Shown in pieces: positions 20,528 to 30,471 of a DNA stretch of 32,000 nucleotides (positions are counted from its first letter, which is position 1; each line of letters begins with the position of its first letter). The notes below the pieces were generated by a model. That model worked only from the letters and a program-made list of their open reading frames with translations. It searched no databases and was not told the origin of the DNA. Location: assembly GCF_037902255.1 (NCBI RefSeq), contig NZ_CP147990.1, positions 2,850,001 to 2,882,000 of the forward strand, written 5' to 3'. Origin of the DNA: Candidatus Electrothrix sp. GW3-4. GTDB taxonomy: Bacteria > Desulfobacterota > Desulfobulbia > Desulfobulbales > Desulfobulbaceae. A program made the translations under genes and the position numbers.

Positions 20528-21182
20528 AGTTACAGAATATATACTGTTCTTGAATCCTGGCAGGACAGCGGGAGACTCTCGCTGATTTTCTCTTGTTACC
20601 AATAAGAGAGCAAGGGTCGTTGCGAACCGTTCCTGTGCAGATACAAAAAGACGATCAAATGATGCAACCTGCATATTGCTGCGCAATAAGCGGCTGCATG
20701 AACACTTCCGGTTATGAAAAAAATCTTTGTGCCAAGTCTTACTGTATGTCTCCAGGAAAAACAAGGCAAAACGCGAAACAAAGAGGGCCAGGGAGTATTA
20801 AGAATACGCATACAAGCCAAGGACCGAACCATACATTATCAAATCAAAAACAAACAAATAGCCTGAGCCTTCAAAAGACTTCCATCTTTTCAAACCAAAC
20901 GTTTTTCAAAAAGAGAGACTCTCCCCCTGCAACTGATCCACAAGAAAAACGTTTCTTTTTTCCATGGACGCCAAGAAATAACTCTTGTACAACCTCTCCA
21001 AAAGCCACTATGTTACCAAAAAGAGACGTGACTGAACAGGCGAGATCTCCTGTTATCAAATTGTGGTCAGATCAAGCAGTTTGTACATGACTTTCGCAAA
21101 CGCAGCAAGGTCTCAAGGGGCTCGACCATCTTGCAACAGAAGAGGCAGGAATTGACTTTCTCTTATCAGCCAAGGAACGATA

Positions 21183-22172
21183 ATGGCTATCACGCTCAGA
21201 CAATTTCAAATTTTTATAGCTGTCGCAGAGACCAAACAGGTCACCAGGGCCAGTAAAAAACTCTTTCTCACTCAGTCTGCGGTCAGCATGGCCCTTGCTG
21301 AACTAGAAAATCAGTTGGGCGGCCCGCTTTTTGATCGCCATGGCCGCAGCCTTCTCTTGAATGACCGGGGCCGCTATCTGCTGCCCATGGCCAAGAAGAT
21401 CACCTATCAGGTTCACAATATCGAAGCCCTGCTGAGTGAAAAAAAAGAAGTGATCGCTGGATCACTGGAGGTCATTGCCAGCTCGACCATCGGGAATTAC
21501 GTCCTGCCCTACCCCATTGCCCTTTTTATGCGGATGCACCCTGAGGCGCATATCAATATGATGGTGGCAAATACGAAACAGGCAGAACGACTGGTGGCAC
21601 AGGGGGTCATGGATCTCGGCTTTGTCGAGGGAGGGATTACCGACGAGGCGGTTCGGATGACGCCCTGGTTCGAAGATGAACTACGAATTATTATCAGCGC
21701 CTCCCATCCCCTTGCTGAGCAGGACCTGTTTTCTCTCCCCGATGACCTGGTCAAAACAGCCTGGGTCCTCCGGGAAGACGGCTCCGGCACCGCAGAAATC
21801 TTCAAAAATAAGCTGGGAGAACATGCTGCGCTGCTCAATGTCGTCACCCGGATCGGGCACACAGAAGCCATTAAGAAAGCAGTGGAAGCGGGCGTGGGAG
21901 CGGCCTGCCTTTCTGAACTGACCATCTGCCGTGAAGAGGAATATGGCTGGCTGAAAGGCCTGTCCATCAAAGACATCAACATGCGACGACAACTCTCAGT
22001 GATTCAGCATAAGGACAAAACCACAACCCGGCTCATGGGTGAATTCTTACAATTCTGCATAATGATGGCCAAATACGGTCTAGGGCGCGAATGTCTCTCA
22101 TCACCGAAAAAATTGGGCGAATTACTGAATACCCCCCATCCCTCCCCTCTGGGGAGGGACAACAAAACATGA
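21183..22172 (+). CDS. LysR-family transcriptional regulator
   Basis: The N-terminal HTH is MAITLRQFQIFIAVAETKQVTRASKKLFLTQSAVSMALAELENQLGGPLFDRHGRSLLLNDRGRYLLP, followed by a LysR substrate-binding-type C-terminal region. Confidence 0.9.
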   Translation: MAITLRQFQIFIAVAETKQVTRASKKLFLTQSAVSMALAELENQLGGPLFDRHGRSLLLNDRGRYLLPMAKKITYQVHNIEALLSEKKEVIAGSLEVIASSTIGNYVLPYPIALFMRMHPEAHINMMVANTKQAERLVAQGVMDLGFVEGGITDEAVRMTPWFEDELRIIISASHPLAEQDLFSLPDDLVKTAWVLREDGSGTAEIFKNKLGEHAALLNVVTRIGHTEAIKKAVEAGVGAACLSELTICREEEYGWLKGLSIKDINMRRQLSVIQHKDKTTTRLMGEFLQFCIMMAKYGLGRECLSSPKKLGELLNTPHPSPLGRDNKT

Positions 22173-22184
22173 AAGGTGATCGAA

Positions 22185-22230
22185 CGACTCCTCCAGGGAG
22201 TCGTGAAGAAGAAGGAGCCCCATCTTCTTC
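22185..22230. terminator. Two short hairpins between convergent genes; possible bidirectional terminator
   Basis: The hairpins are cgactcc-tccag-ggagtcg (22185..22203) and gaagaag-N12-cttcttc (22205..22230). No clear U-tract follows either. Confidence 0.3.
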
Positions 22231-22244
22231 CCTACCGCCCCCTG

Positions 22245-24554
22245 TTAATGGGCCGCAGCAATGGCCTTGCGCAATTCTTTCAAGGTAAAAGGTTTGGCCA
22301 CCGCAGCCCGAAAGCCATATTCACTGTATTCTGCCATGACCGGATCATTGGAATAACCACTGGCAACAATGAGTTTCGCCTCCGAGTTCAACTGAAGCAA
22401 TTTTTGCGCGGTATCCTTCCCTCCCATGCCCCCTGGAATAGTCAGATCAAGAATAACAAGATCAATCGGATTATCACTTTCCAGCATCTCCTGATAGATG
22501 CGAATGGCCTCAGCCCCGTCCTGAACAAGGACCGCATCATGCCCTAACACACTCAGCTGGGACTGTGCCAGCGTACGCAGCATAGCATCATCATCCATGA
22601 CCATAATCGTTGTCGAGGAAACAGCCTTTTCCTGGACCTGCGGTTCATCAGCACGCCTGTCACTCGCAGACAGGGCAGGGAGGTAGATAGAAAAGATTGT
22701 GCCCTGTTGGGGTTCTGAATGAACGGTAATATGCCCATCGTGTTTTTTAATGATGGAATGACAGATAGCCAGCCCCAGCCCATTACCCTCTTTTTTCGTG
22801 GTAAAATACGGGTCAAAGATACTCTCTAGAATATCCTGGGGAATACCAACCCCGGTATCCTGTATCGTAATCCGAACATAATTCCCCTTATGTCGACGCA
22901 GCAAGAGGCCTGAGGCCAGATCTTGAACATTACTGCATTTCACCCTTATCTTGCCACCATTGGGCATGGCGTCTTTGGCATTCAAAATAATATTCTGAAC
23001 AACCTGACTCAGCTGCCCGCTGTCTGCGTGGATCATCCAGAGATCATCGGCAAAGGAAAATTCACATGATACCAAGGAACCGTGCAGAACAAAATTTGCA
23101 GACTCACTGACCAGATCAGGCAGAGAGGTCTTCTCTTTAATCGGCTCACCACCTTTAGAAAAGGTCAGTAGCTGATAGGTCAGTTTTGTTGCTCTCTCTG
23201 TCGCCTTCTGCGCATTGGCAAGCAGAGAAGATATCTTACTATCCCCTGTGACCCCGGAAGAGGCGAGTTCAATGTTACCGAGGATAGCAGAAAGTAGATT
23301 GTTAAAATCATGAGCGATTCCACCAGCAAGTATTCCAACAGATTCCAACTTTCGAATTTTAACGCGCTCCTGCTCCATCTTTTTTTCCTGCGTAATATCC
23401 CGAAAAATAATTACCACCCCGATAACCTGATTTTCCCGGTCCCGGATAGGGGCACCGCTATCAGCAATACTTACCTTTACCCCATCCCTGCGGATCAGGA
23501 CCGCATCTCGGGACAGGGCGCCCCGCTTCCCGGCCTGCAAGACCCTCTCAACGGGACCTAAATTTTTTTCACCTGTTTTTCCATCAAAAATTCTAAATAT
23601 CTCCCCAGAAGGACGGCCAGCAGCATAGGCGTTTTCCCAGCCTGTCAGCTGTTCTGCGGCCCTATTAATAAACACAGTCGTCCCATGTACATCAGTGGTG
23701 ATAACCCCATCACCAATGGACTGTAAGGTCACACTGAGTCGCTCCCTCTCCTCTTCTGCTGCCTGCTGCGCCTGCTTGAGCTCGTTAATATTACGACAAA
23801 TCCCGATGAGCCCAAGTAAGTTCCCCTCAGGTCCGACATAGGGTGTTTTCCGAATATCAAAAAACAGACTTTTCCCTTGAGGATCGACAATCAGCTCCTC
23901 GGTCCGTTGGGCATCCCCAAAGGAGAGCATCTCCTGATCCTTTGCTCGAAAAGAAGCAGCAACTTCTGGAAAAAACACAGCAGAATCTTCTTTTCCAATA
24001 ATCTCCTGTTCCTTCTTTCCAGCTATCTCCTCAAATGCGCGATTACAGCCAATGTATGTATTCTCCACATCTTTAATATAGATAGGATCTGGAATTGAAT
24101 TAATCAGGGCCTCAAGTTTGTTTTTCTGATGCAGCAGCTCCCCTTGGGTTTCCTTGAGTTTTAATGCCTTTTTACGCAGATTGATATGCGTATTGATGCG
24201 AACCAAGACCTCTGTTTGCTGAAAGGGCTTTGTAATGTAATCAACCCCACCGGCTTTAAAACCGGTCACCTTATCTTCCACCGTATCAAGGGCGGTCATG
24301 AAAATAACCGGAATATCGACAAGCCGCTCATCGGCCTTAATCCTGCGACAGGTCTCAAAACCATCCAATTCCGGCATCATCACATCAAGCAGGATAATAT
24401 CCGGGAGAGTTTCCTGCAGCAGAGCAAGGGCCTGAACACCGCTCTGCAATATACGGAGCTCAAAATCTTGCTCCTGCAAGAAAGAGAGGAGAATCTTAAG
24501 ATTAATGGGCTGATCGTCGACGATCAGGATGATATCTTTTTTCCGATGGTTCAT
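22245..24554 (-). CDS. Hybrid sensor histidine kinase/response regulator (REC-PAS-PAS-HisKA-HATPase-REC)
   Basis: The N-terminal receiver reads [12 protein letters not shown]...[11 protein letters not shown]...KPF. It also has PAS-like regions, the H-box [17 protein letters not shown]-boxes DTGVGI and GNGLGL, and a C-terminal receiver MVMDDD...[10 protein letters not shown]. Confidence 0.9.
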   Translation of the reverse strand: MNHRKKDIILIVDDQPINLKILLSFLQEQDFELRILQSGVQALALLQETLPDIILLDVMMPELDGFETCRRIKADERLVDIPVIFMTALDTVEDKVTGFKAGGVDYITKPFQQTEVLVRINTHINLRKKALKLKETQGELLHQKNKLEALINSIPDPIYIKDVENTYIGCNRAFEEIAGKKEQEIIGKEDSAVFFPEVAASFRAKDQEMLSFGDAQRTEELIVDPQGKSLFFDIRKTPYVGPEGNLLGLIGICRNINELKQAQQAAEEERERLSVTLQSIGDGVITTDVHGTTVFINRAAEQLTGWENAYAAGRPSGEIFRIFDGKTGEKNLGPVERVLQAGKRGALSRDAVLIRRDGVKVSIADSGAPIRDRENQVIGVVIIFRDITQEKKMEQERVKIRKLESVGILAGGIAHDFNNLLSAILGNIELASSGVTGDSKISSLLANAQKATERATKLTYQLLTFSKGGEPIKEKTSLPDLVSESANFVLHGSLVSCEFSFADDLWMIHADSGQLSQVVQNIILNAKDAMPNGGKIRVKCSNVQDLASGLLLRRHKGNYVRITIQDTGVGIPQDILESIFDPYFTTKKEGNGLGLAICHSIIKKHDGHITVHSEPQQGTIFSIYLPALSASDRRADEPQVQEKAVSSTTIMVMDDDAMLRTLAQSQLSVLGHDAVLVQDGAEAIRIYQEMLESDNPIDLVILDLTIPGGMGGKDTAQKLLQLNSEAKLIVASGYSNDPVMAEYSEYGFRAAVAKPFTLKELRKAIAAAH

Positions 24555-27500
24555 TGAGAAATTCCGTATCGTTTGATCAACTCGGGGATCATATTCAGTT
24601 GAAAATCTTCTGCAAGCCGTTCAACTCGCCTGGCAAACTCCTTATATTTTCCTGAATCCATAGAAAATAAGGAGGAAACCTGCTGGTTAATTCCAGCCAC
24701 ATCACCTCGGCGAACCTTGAGCAGCAATGCCTCCAGCTCTTTCTTGGGCGGGAGAACAACCTCTGGGCCAGCCTTGCCTGCTCCCCCATCATTATCGTAT
24801 ATCAACGTAATAGGCAGATGCTCCGCCAGGACAGAGAGCAAGTCAAGACTGGAAAACGGTTTGACAACACGGGCGGTGCAGATATCCTCCTGTTGATCTT
24901 CTTCTAAAGCAGCAAAAACTGCCTCATCAGCAAGAACGACCACAGGTAACGACTTATTTCTTTTTTGTTCTTTTATCTGCTGCAAGACGGACAGCTCTTC
25001 ACAGTCTGCTGTGGGCAGGACTGCCAGAACGGCATCAGGCCTGAACAGCTCCCACACATCAGACGGCATCTCTTTCCCGACCAGCTCATTCACCTCAAAT
25101 CCCAGGGTGGAAAGAACATTTCCCAGGACAGCCCGGTTTGATACACTGCCAGAGACCAGTAAAATTTTTTTCGGTGTATCGCCCGCAGTTACCGTGTAGC
25201 CAGTAACAACGTGCTGCCTTTCTTGTGTTGCCCCATTCTGCTCAACAACCTTGACAGGGATAGTGAAGAAGAAACGACTTCCCGGCCCCTGGCCCGACGA
25301 AGAACCAGGAAGCAATGGACTCATAACCTGGAGCTCGCCTCCCATGAGACGAACCAATTTCCGACTAATGGCAAGGCCAAGCCCAGTGCCTTCAGAATAT
25401 TGCAGGCGTTCCCCACTCTGCCGAAAAGGGTCAAAGATTTTTCCCTGCATTGCCAAAGGGATACCAGGACCATTATCTTCCACCATGACAGTCAAAAATA
25501 TTTTTTTGTCACCATCTTTTTTCACCTCAGAGTGCAGATGACAGTATCCCCCCCCACTGGGAGCAAATTTTACCGCATTGGAGAGCAGATTAAGAATAAC
25601 CTGGCGCAACCGCAACTCATCAGCCTGTATAGAACGTGGCTGTTGAGGGATTCCTTGATATTGAAGGGTTATCCCTTTCCCCTCTGCCTCTGCCCTGCAC
25701 AGGTCCACTATTCCAGAGAAAAATTCAGGCAACCTGAATACCCGAGAGACGAGTTCTACTTTGTCTGCCTCAAGTTTTGAGAGATCAAGGATGTCATTAA
25801 TAAGCATTAACAGATACTCTCCTGACTTCCTGATAATCCTCACACTGTTCAGCTGCTTGTCTGTTAACTGCGTATCCGCATTGAGAAGTTGCGTGTAGCC
25901 AAGAACAGCATTTAAGGGGGTACGCAACTCATGGGTTATATTGGCAAGAAAAATAGATTTAGCGCGATTCGCGGATTCTGCCTGCTCTTTTGCTGTAATA
26001 AGCTGTTGTTCCGCCTGCTTTTGCGCATTAATATCAAGCTGAATACCCACAGCCCGTGTCGGTTTTCCTTGAGCATCACGCTCAAAGACCCTTCCGACCC
26101 CCAGGGTCCAGACCCAATCACCTGCTTTATTGCGCAGACGTTGCTCGGTCATAAATAACGGTGCATCTCCAGCAAGATGACTCTCCAGGGCCTGCATAAT
26201 CTGTCCTTTTCCATTCGGATGCAGGTGCTGCTCCCAGGTCGAAAAATGAGGGCGTAATTCATTGAGGTCGTATCCGAGGATCTCTGCCCAACGCTCATTA
26301 AAAACCACCTCACCAGTGGTGACGTTCCAATCCCAGGTGCCGAGGTTGGCGCCCTTGACAACCAACTCCAGGCGCTCATTGCTCTCCAATAATTTTTTTT
26401 CCGCCTGTTTGCGGTCTGAAATATCATGAATAATAGAGTAGAGTAATGTCCGCTCACCGCTTTGCAGGGGACCAGAGTATACCTCCACATCACGTACCTC
26501 TCCAGAAGCCAATTTATGGCAAAAATTGAAATAGAGCCGTTCTTCCTGTTCAGCCCTGGCCATTTCTGCCTGCACTTCATCAGGAGACAGCTGATTAATA
26601 TCCGTTATTCTCATACAAACAAGCTGTTCTACCGAGTACCCATAATAGGAAGCCGCTGCCTGATTGGCCTCGACAATACTGCCGTCTGCCGGATCAATAA
26701 TCAGCTTTACCGCCATATTGGTTTCAAAGGTCTGGCGATAGCGCCTTTCACTCTCCCGCAAGAGATCCTGATTGATCTTCAGCCCGGTAATATCATGCGA
26801 GCTCATCACAATACCGGTTACTTTATCCTCAACAGTATAGAAAGGATAGCAGGAAACATGGAGACAACAGCGCCTTGCCGGGGAAAAATCATACCAGGTC
26901 TGATAATGGACCGTTTCACCGCTCAAACAACGGGCCAATTTTTCTTTCATAACCTGATTAAAAAAATCAGTCCCATAGACCTCTGCGGCCGAATGACCTG
27001 TAATCTCCTCCTGAGACTTTTGAAAGGCATCAAGATAGGCCTTGTTCACAGCGCGAAAAACAAAGCCTTGGTCAAGAAAGGCCATGAGATCAACAGTCGC
27101 CGAGATAATCTGCTCGTATCGACGCAACAACTCCCGGGCCTGCTTACGCTCCGTGATATCCTCTTTGGTGGCGACAAATTTAATAATTGTTGCATCTTCG
27201 GCAAAAATAGGAGCGACAACAACGGATTCCCAGGACAGGGTGTTGTCTTTCCTCTTATTGAGTAGCTCCGCCTTCCAGACCATACCGCTGGTAACCGTCT
27301 GCCACAGCTCATCATATTTTTCATCCGGGGTATATCCTGATTGAAAAATGCTGGTCGATTTTCCTTGCAGCTCTTCTGCCGTATAACCGGTCAGCTGCTC
27401 CATCCTGGAGTTCACATATTCAATCTGCCCGGCAAGGTCAGTAATGACAAGGGCAGTAGGACTTTGTTCAACCGCTGTGGATAGGATATTGACTTGTTGA

Positions 27501-28255
27501 TCATGATGTTGCAATACTCTCACCATCCGATTAAAGGCAGAAGCCAGGGAAGAAAATTCTATTGTGCCCACCTCTTCATCAAGCAGAGGATATTGGTCCG
27601 TATCAAAGGAATTCATCGCCGCAATTAGGTGCTCCACTGGCCGGATCACAGAATAGCGAATAAAAAATGCCGCTATAGGCAAAAAGAGGAAGAAAACAAG
27701 AACAAAAACGAAGAGAAGAACCTCACCGAGCACAGTGACCCCCTGATGAACAAGATCCAGGGACTGGGCAAAGAGCAGCACTGCATCCCCCTTGTCACTC
27801 AAAACAAACCGTGCCCCATAGATGATATTGTTTTCATCATTGATTTGAAGAATCTGCCATTGCTCAGCCCTCGTACTCAGGAGCGGCAAATCGTCAACCG
27901 GATAGTCCTCGACAGACAAGGCCTGACCAGTAGTGATAAGACCACGTACGCGGAGCTGCGCATCCACAAACAGATAAATATCACACCCGCTCTCATGGGC
28001 AATACGGTCCAGGAGCTCCGGCGTGATCCGCTCCGCAAGAATCCCTTGTGACTGATCTTTCCCCCCTTGCTTGAGCCTTTGCTCCAGAGTCAACATTCCC
28101 TGCTCAATCCGCGCCCGGCCCTGCTTCTGATAATGACGATAAATGAGCAGGGTGAACACGAAATAAATGGTCGCCAGAAGAATACAGATCAAACATGTCC
28201 ACAACAGCATAACATGACTGCGTAACTTCATTTTTCCACAACGGTGAATAATCAA
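24551..28255 (-). CDS. Multi-PAS sensor histidine kinase with C-terminal receiver-like and HPt-like regions
   Basis: It has TM segments, several PAS/PAC blocks, the H-box THELRTPLNAVLGY and G-boxes DNGPGI and GTGLGL. Its stop overlaps the downstream kinase start by 4 bp (ATGA), which implies an operon. The true start may be MKLRSH at 28231. Confidence 0.9.
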   Translation of the reverse strand: MIIHRCGKMKLRSHVMLLWTCLICILLATIYFVFTLLIYRHYQKQGRARIEQGMLTLEQRLKQGGKDQSQGILAERITPELLDRIAHESGCDIYLFVDAQLRVRGLITTGQALSVEDYPVDDLPLLSTRAEQWQILQINDENNIIYGARFVLSDKGDAVLLFAQSLDLVHQGVTVLGEVLLFVFVLVFFLFLPIAAFFIRYSVIRPVEHLIAAMNSFDTDQYPLLDEEVGTIEFSSLASAFNRMVRVLQHHDQQVNILSTAVEQSPTALVITDLAGQIEYVNSRMEQLTGYTAEELQGKSTSIFQSGYTPDEKYDELWQTVTSGMVWKAELLNKRKDNTLSWESVVVAPIFAEDATIIKFVATKEDITERKQARELLRRYEQIISATVDLMAFLDQGFVFRAVNKAYLDAFQKSQEEITGHSAAEVYGTDFFNQVMKEKLARCLSGETVHYQTWYDFSPARRCCLHVSCYPFYTVEDKVTGIVMSSHDITGLKINQDLLRESERRYRQTFETNMAVKLIIDPADGSIVEANQAAASYYGYSVEQLVCMRITDINQLSPDEVQAEMARAEQEERLYFNFCHKLASGEVRDVEVYSGPLQSGERTLLYSIIHDISDRKQAEKKLLESNERLELVVKGANLGTWDWNVTTGEVVFNERWAEILGYDLNELRPHFSTWEQHLHPNGKGQIMQALESHLAGDAPLFMTEQRLRNKAGDWVWTLGVGRVFERDAQGKPTRAVGIQLDINAQKQAEQQLITAKEQAESANRAKSIFLANITHELRTPLNAVLGYTQLLNADTQLTDKQLNSVRIIRKSGEYLLMLINDILDLSKLEADKVELVSRVFRLPEFFSGIVDLCRAEAEGKGITLQYQGIPQQPRSIQADELRLRQVILNLLSNAVKFAPSGGGYCHLHSEVKKDGDKKIFLTVMVEDNGPGIPLAMQGKIFDPFRQSGERLQYSEGTGLGLAISRKLVRLMGGELQVMSPLLPGSSSGQGPGSRFFFTIPVKVVEQNGATQERQHVVTGYTVTAGDTPKKILLVSGSVSNRAVLGNVLSTLGFEVNELVGKEMPSDVWELFRPDAVLAVLPTADCEELSVLQQIKEQKRNKSLPVVVLADEAVFAALEEDQQEDICTARVVKPFSSLDLLSVLAEHLPITLIYDNDGGAGKAGPEVVLPPKKELEALLLKVRRGDVAGINQQVSSLFSMDSGKYKEFARRVERLAEDFQLNMIPELIKRYGISQ

Positions 28256-28664
28256 TGCCTGTTCTCCTGATCAGTTTTTTTAGAAAATACAAATAGAAAC
28301 ATGCATTATCCTTATAATAGCAAAAGAGCTGAAACGAAGTCAAACAGAGAACCTGTTTTGCCTCACTGGAATCTTCTTTAAAAAAATCCATGCCACGAGA
28401 ACCACGAGCACAAGCCCTTGCATCGAAGTCCATTGTCATTCAGGAGGTTCTATGGTACTTTTAGACAGAGAACGTAACCTCTTCAGCTGAATGAAGTTTT
28501 CAACTTCTTTCCAGCTGTTTGTTCCAGCCCGGCAGAACCGACTTGAACTCGCATCGTACAGAACCGTACCCCGTAATCAACTCCAGGTCCGGCGCCTTTT
28601 ACGAGCAAACCCGTTCTCTTTCTTTTACTGACAAAATCTAACCTTCAGATACCGTTACAATATT

Positions 28665-30434
28665 ATGCGTTATTCTCAGATGCTCATCCGCACGGCCAAA
28701 GAAATCCCGGCCGAGGCCGAAGTTATCAGCCATCAGCTGCTGCTGCGGGCAGGCTGTATCCGCAAACTGACCTCAGGCCTGTACACCTATCTCCCCCTCG
28801 GACTGGCAGCAATCAAAAAGGTGGAAGCCATTGTTCGGGAGGAGATGAACCGAGCAGGTGCCCAGGAACTGCTCATGCCCATGGTCCAACCAGCCGATCT
28901 TTGGCATGAATCAGGACGATGGGTAAAATATGGACCAGAACTGCTTCGCTTCCAGGATCGGCATAATCGTGACTACTGTCTCGGCCCTACCCATGAAGAG
29001 GTTATTACAGATATTGCCCGTCGCGAGCTTCATTCCTACCGTCAGCTCCCGGTGAATCTGTATCAAATCCAGACCAAGTTTCGGGACGAGATCCGCCCCC
29101 GCTTTGGCCTGATGCGCGGACGTGAGTTTATCATGAAAGACGCATACTCCTTTGATATCAGCGATGAAGCAGCCGGGCAAAGTTATCAGAGCATGCATAA
29201 TGCGTACACCCGTATTTTTCAACGCTGCGGGCTTGAATTCCGGGCTGTGGAAGCCGATTCCGGCACTATTGGCGGTTCCTTTTCCCACGAATTCATGGTG
29301 CTGGCCGACACAGGAGAAGACACCCTGGTCATCTGTCGGCAATGTGCATACGCAGCCAATGTGGAAAAGGCCAAGGTGGTTCTCTCTGAGTCTGAGACAG
29401 CAGCTGCATCGACAGGAGAGCTACAGGACTGCATCACAGTAGAGACACCGGGCATGAAAAAGGTGGATCGGGTAGCAGAATTCCTCAAGGTTACGCCCAA
29501 GAAGGTCATCAAGACCATGATCTACCTTGCCGATGAAGAACCAGTGGCTGTACTGGTGCGTGGAGACCGTGAGGTGCAATCCGTGAAACTGAAAAACCTG
29601 CTTGCTGCCACCGAGGTTGAATTGGCTGAGGATGATACGGTCTGGAAGCTGACCAAGCTGCCTGTTGGCTATATTGGACCAGTCAATATTCCCATCAAGC
29701 TGGTCGCGGATCAGGAGGTCATGACCATGGTCAATGCCGTTGCCGGGGCCAATGAAAAGGGGCATCACCTGACCGGTGTCAATCCAGGTCGGGATTTCAC
29801 CCCGGTTGCAGTGGGCGATCTCCGCCAAATCACAGAACAGGACCACTGCCCGGTCTGCCAGGGCGCCTTAAAACTGACCGAGGGGATTGAGGTCGGCCAT
29901 ATCTTCAAGTTGGGAACCAACTACTCTGAGGCCATGCATGCCGTGTACCAGGACCAGGAAGGCAAAGAACAGACCATGGTCATGGGGTGCTACGGTATCG
30001 GGGTGAGTCGGGTAGTGGCAGCTGCTATTGAGCAGAATCATGATAAAAACGGGATCATCTTTCCCCTTCCCCTGGCGCCGTTTCAGGTCATTGTCCTGAA
30101 CCTGGGCATGAATAATGAAGAGACCACCGCAGCGGCAGAGAAACTCTATCAGGATCTTCGCGCCGCAGGCCTGGAAGTCCTCCTGGATGATCGGGATGAG
30201 CGTCCAGGATCAAAATTCAAAGATGCTGACCTCATCGGTATTCCCTATCGGGTGACAATAGGAAAGACCTGGGAAAAAGAAGGGCAGATAGAAGTACGGA
30301 CACGACGCGACGGCACAACGACCCTGCTGGCCTATGAGCAGGCAGCATCCACCATAACCACTATGATCCGAAAGGAACTCAACGCCCTGGAGCAACGCGC
30401 CTTTGCTGCCCAAGAGCAAGAGGACGCCTGTTAA
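28665..30434 (+). CDS. proS: Prolyl-tRNA synthetase (bacterial type with editing insertion)
   Basis: 589 aa. The sequence reads MRYSQMLIRTAKEIPAEAEVISHQLLLRAGCIRKLTSGLYTYLPLG...QTKFRDEIRPRFGLMRGREFIMKDAYSFD...GCYGIGVSR. Confidence 0.95.
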   Translation: MRYSQMLIRTAKEIPAEAEVISHQLLLRAGCIRKLTSGLYTYLPLGLAAIKKVEAIVREEMNRAGAQELLMPMVQPADLWHESGRWVKYGPELLRFQDRHNRDYCLGPTHEEVITDIARRELHSYRQLPVNLYQIQTKFRDEIRPRFGLMRGREFIMKDAYSFDISDEAAGQSYQSMHNAYTRIFQRCGLEFRAVEADSGTIGGSFSHEFMVLADTGEDTLVICRQCAYAANVEKAKVVLSESETAAASTGELQDCITVETPGMKKVDRVAEFLKVTPKKVIKTMIYLADEEPVAVLVRGDREVQSVKLKNLLAATEVELAEDDTVWKLTKLPVGYIGPVNIPIKLVADQEVMTMVNAVAGANEKGHHLTGVNPGRDFTPVAVGDLRQITEQDHCPVCQGALKLTEGIEVGHIFKLGTNYSEAMHAVYQDQEGKEQTMVMGCYGIGVSRVVAAAIEQNHDKNGIIFPLPLAPFQVIVLNLGMNNEETTAAAEKLYQDLRAAGLEVLLDDRDERPGSKFKDADLIGIPYRVTIGKTWEKEGQIEVRTRRDGTTTLLAYEQAASTITTMIRKELNALEQRAFAAQEQEDAC

Positions 30435-30471
30435 CGAGCCACGGATAAAAGCTTTTCCGTTTCCTGAAAAA

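Noticed and set aside
20593-21090. 165-aa plus-strand ORF (and 20596..20832, 20871..21059 on minus) in the dsbD-LysR intergenic region
   Set aside because: The translation is low-complexity (Gln/Thr/Lys/Pro-rich) with no ribosome-binding site or recognisable domain. It overlaps the implausible 5' extension of the DsbD ORF. It was treated as intergenic/promoter DNA.
21509-21992. Antisense ORFs within the LysR gene (21509..21982, 21681..21992) and within proS and the kinases
   Set aside because: The opposite strand encodes clearly recognisable conserved proteins, and these antisense frames show no features.
22138-22160. Strong GC hairpin tccctcccc-tct-ggggaggga near the 3' end of the LysR ORF
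   Set aside because: It lies inside the open reading frame, upstream of the stop, and has no U-tract. It could contribute to termination for the convergent kinase operon, but I cannot support a call.
28104-28439. 111-aa minus-strand ORF upstream of the large histidine kinase
   Set aside because: It overlaps the kinase N-terminus in another frame and extends into AT-rich promoter DNA. It has no RBS or domain signal.
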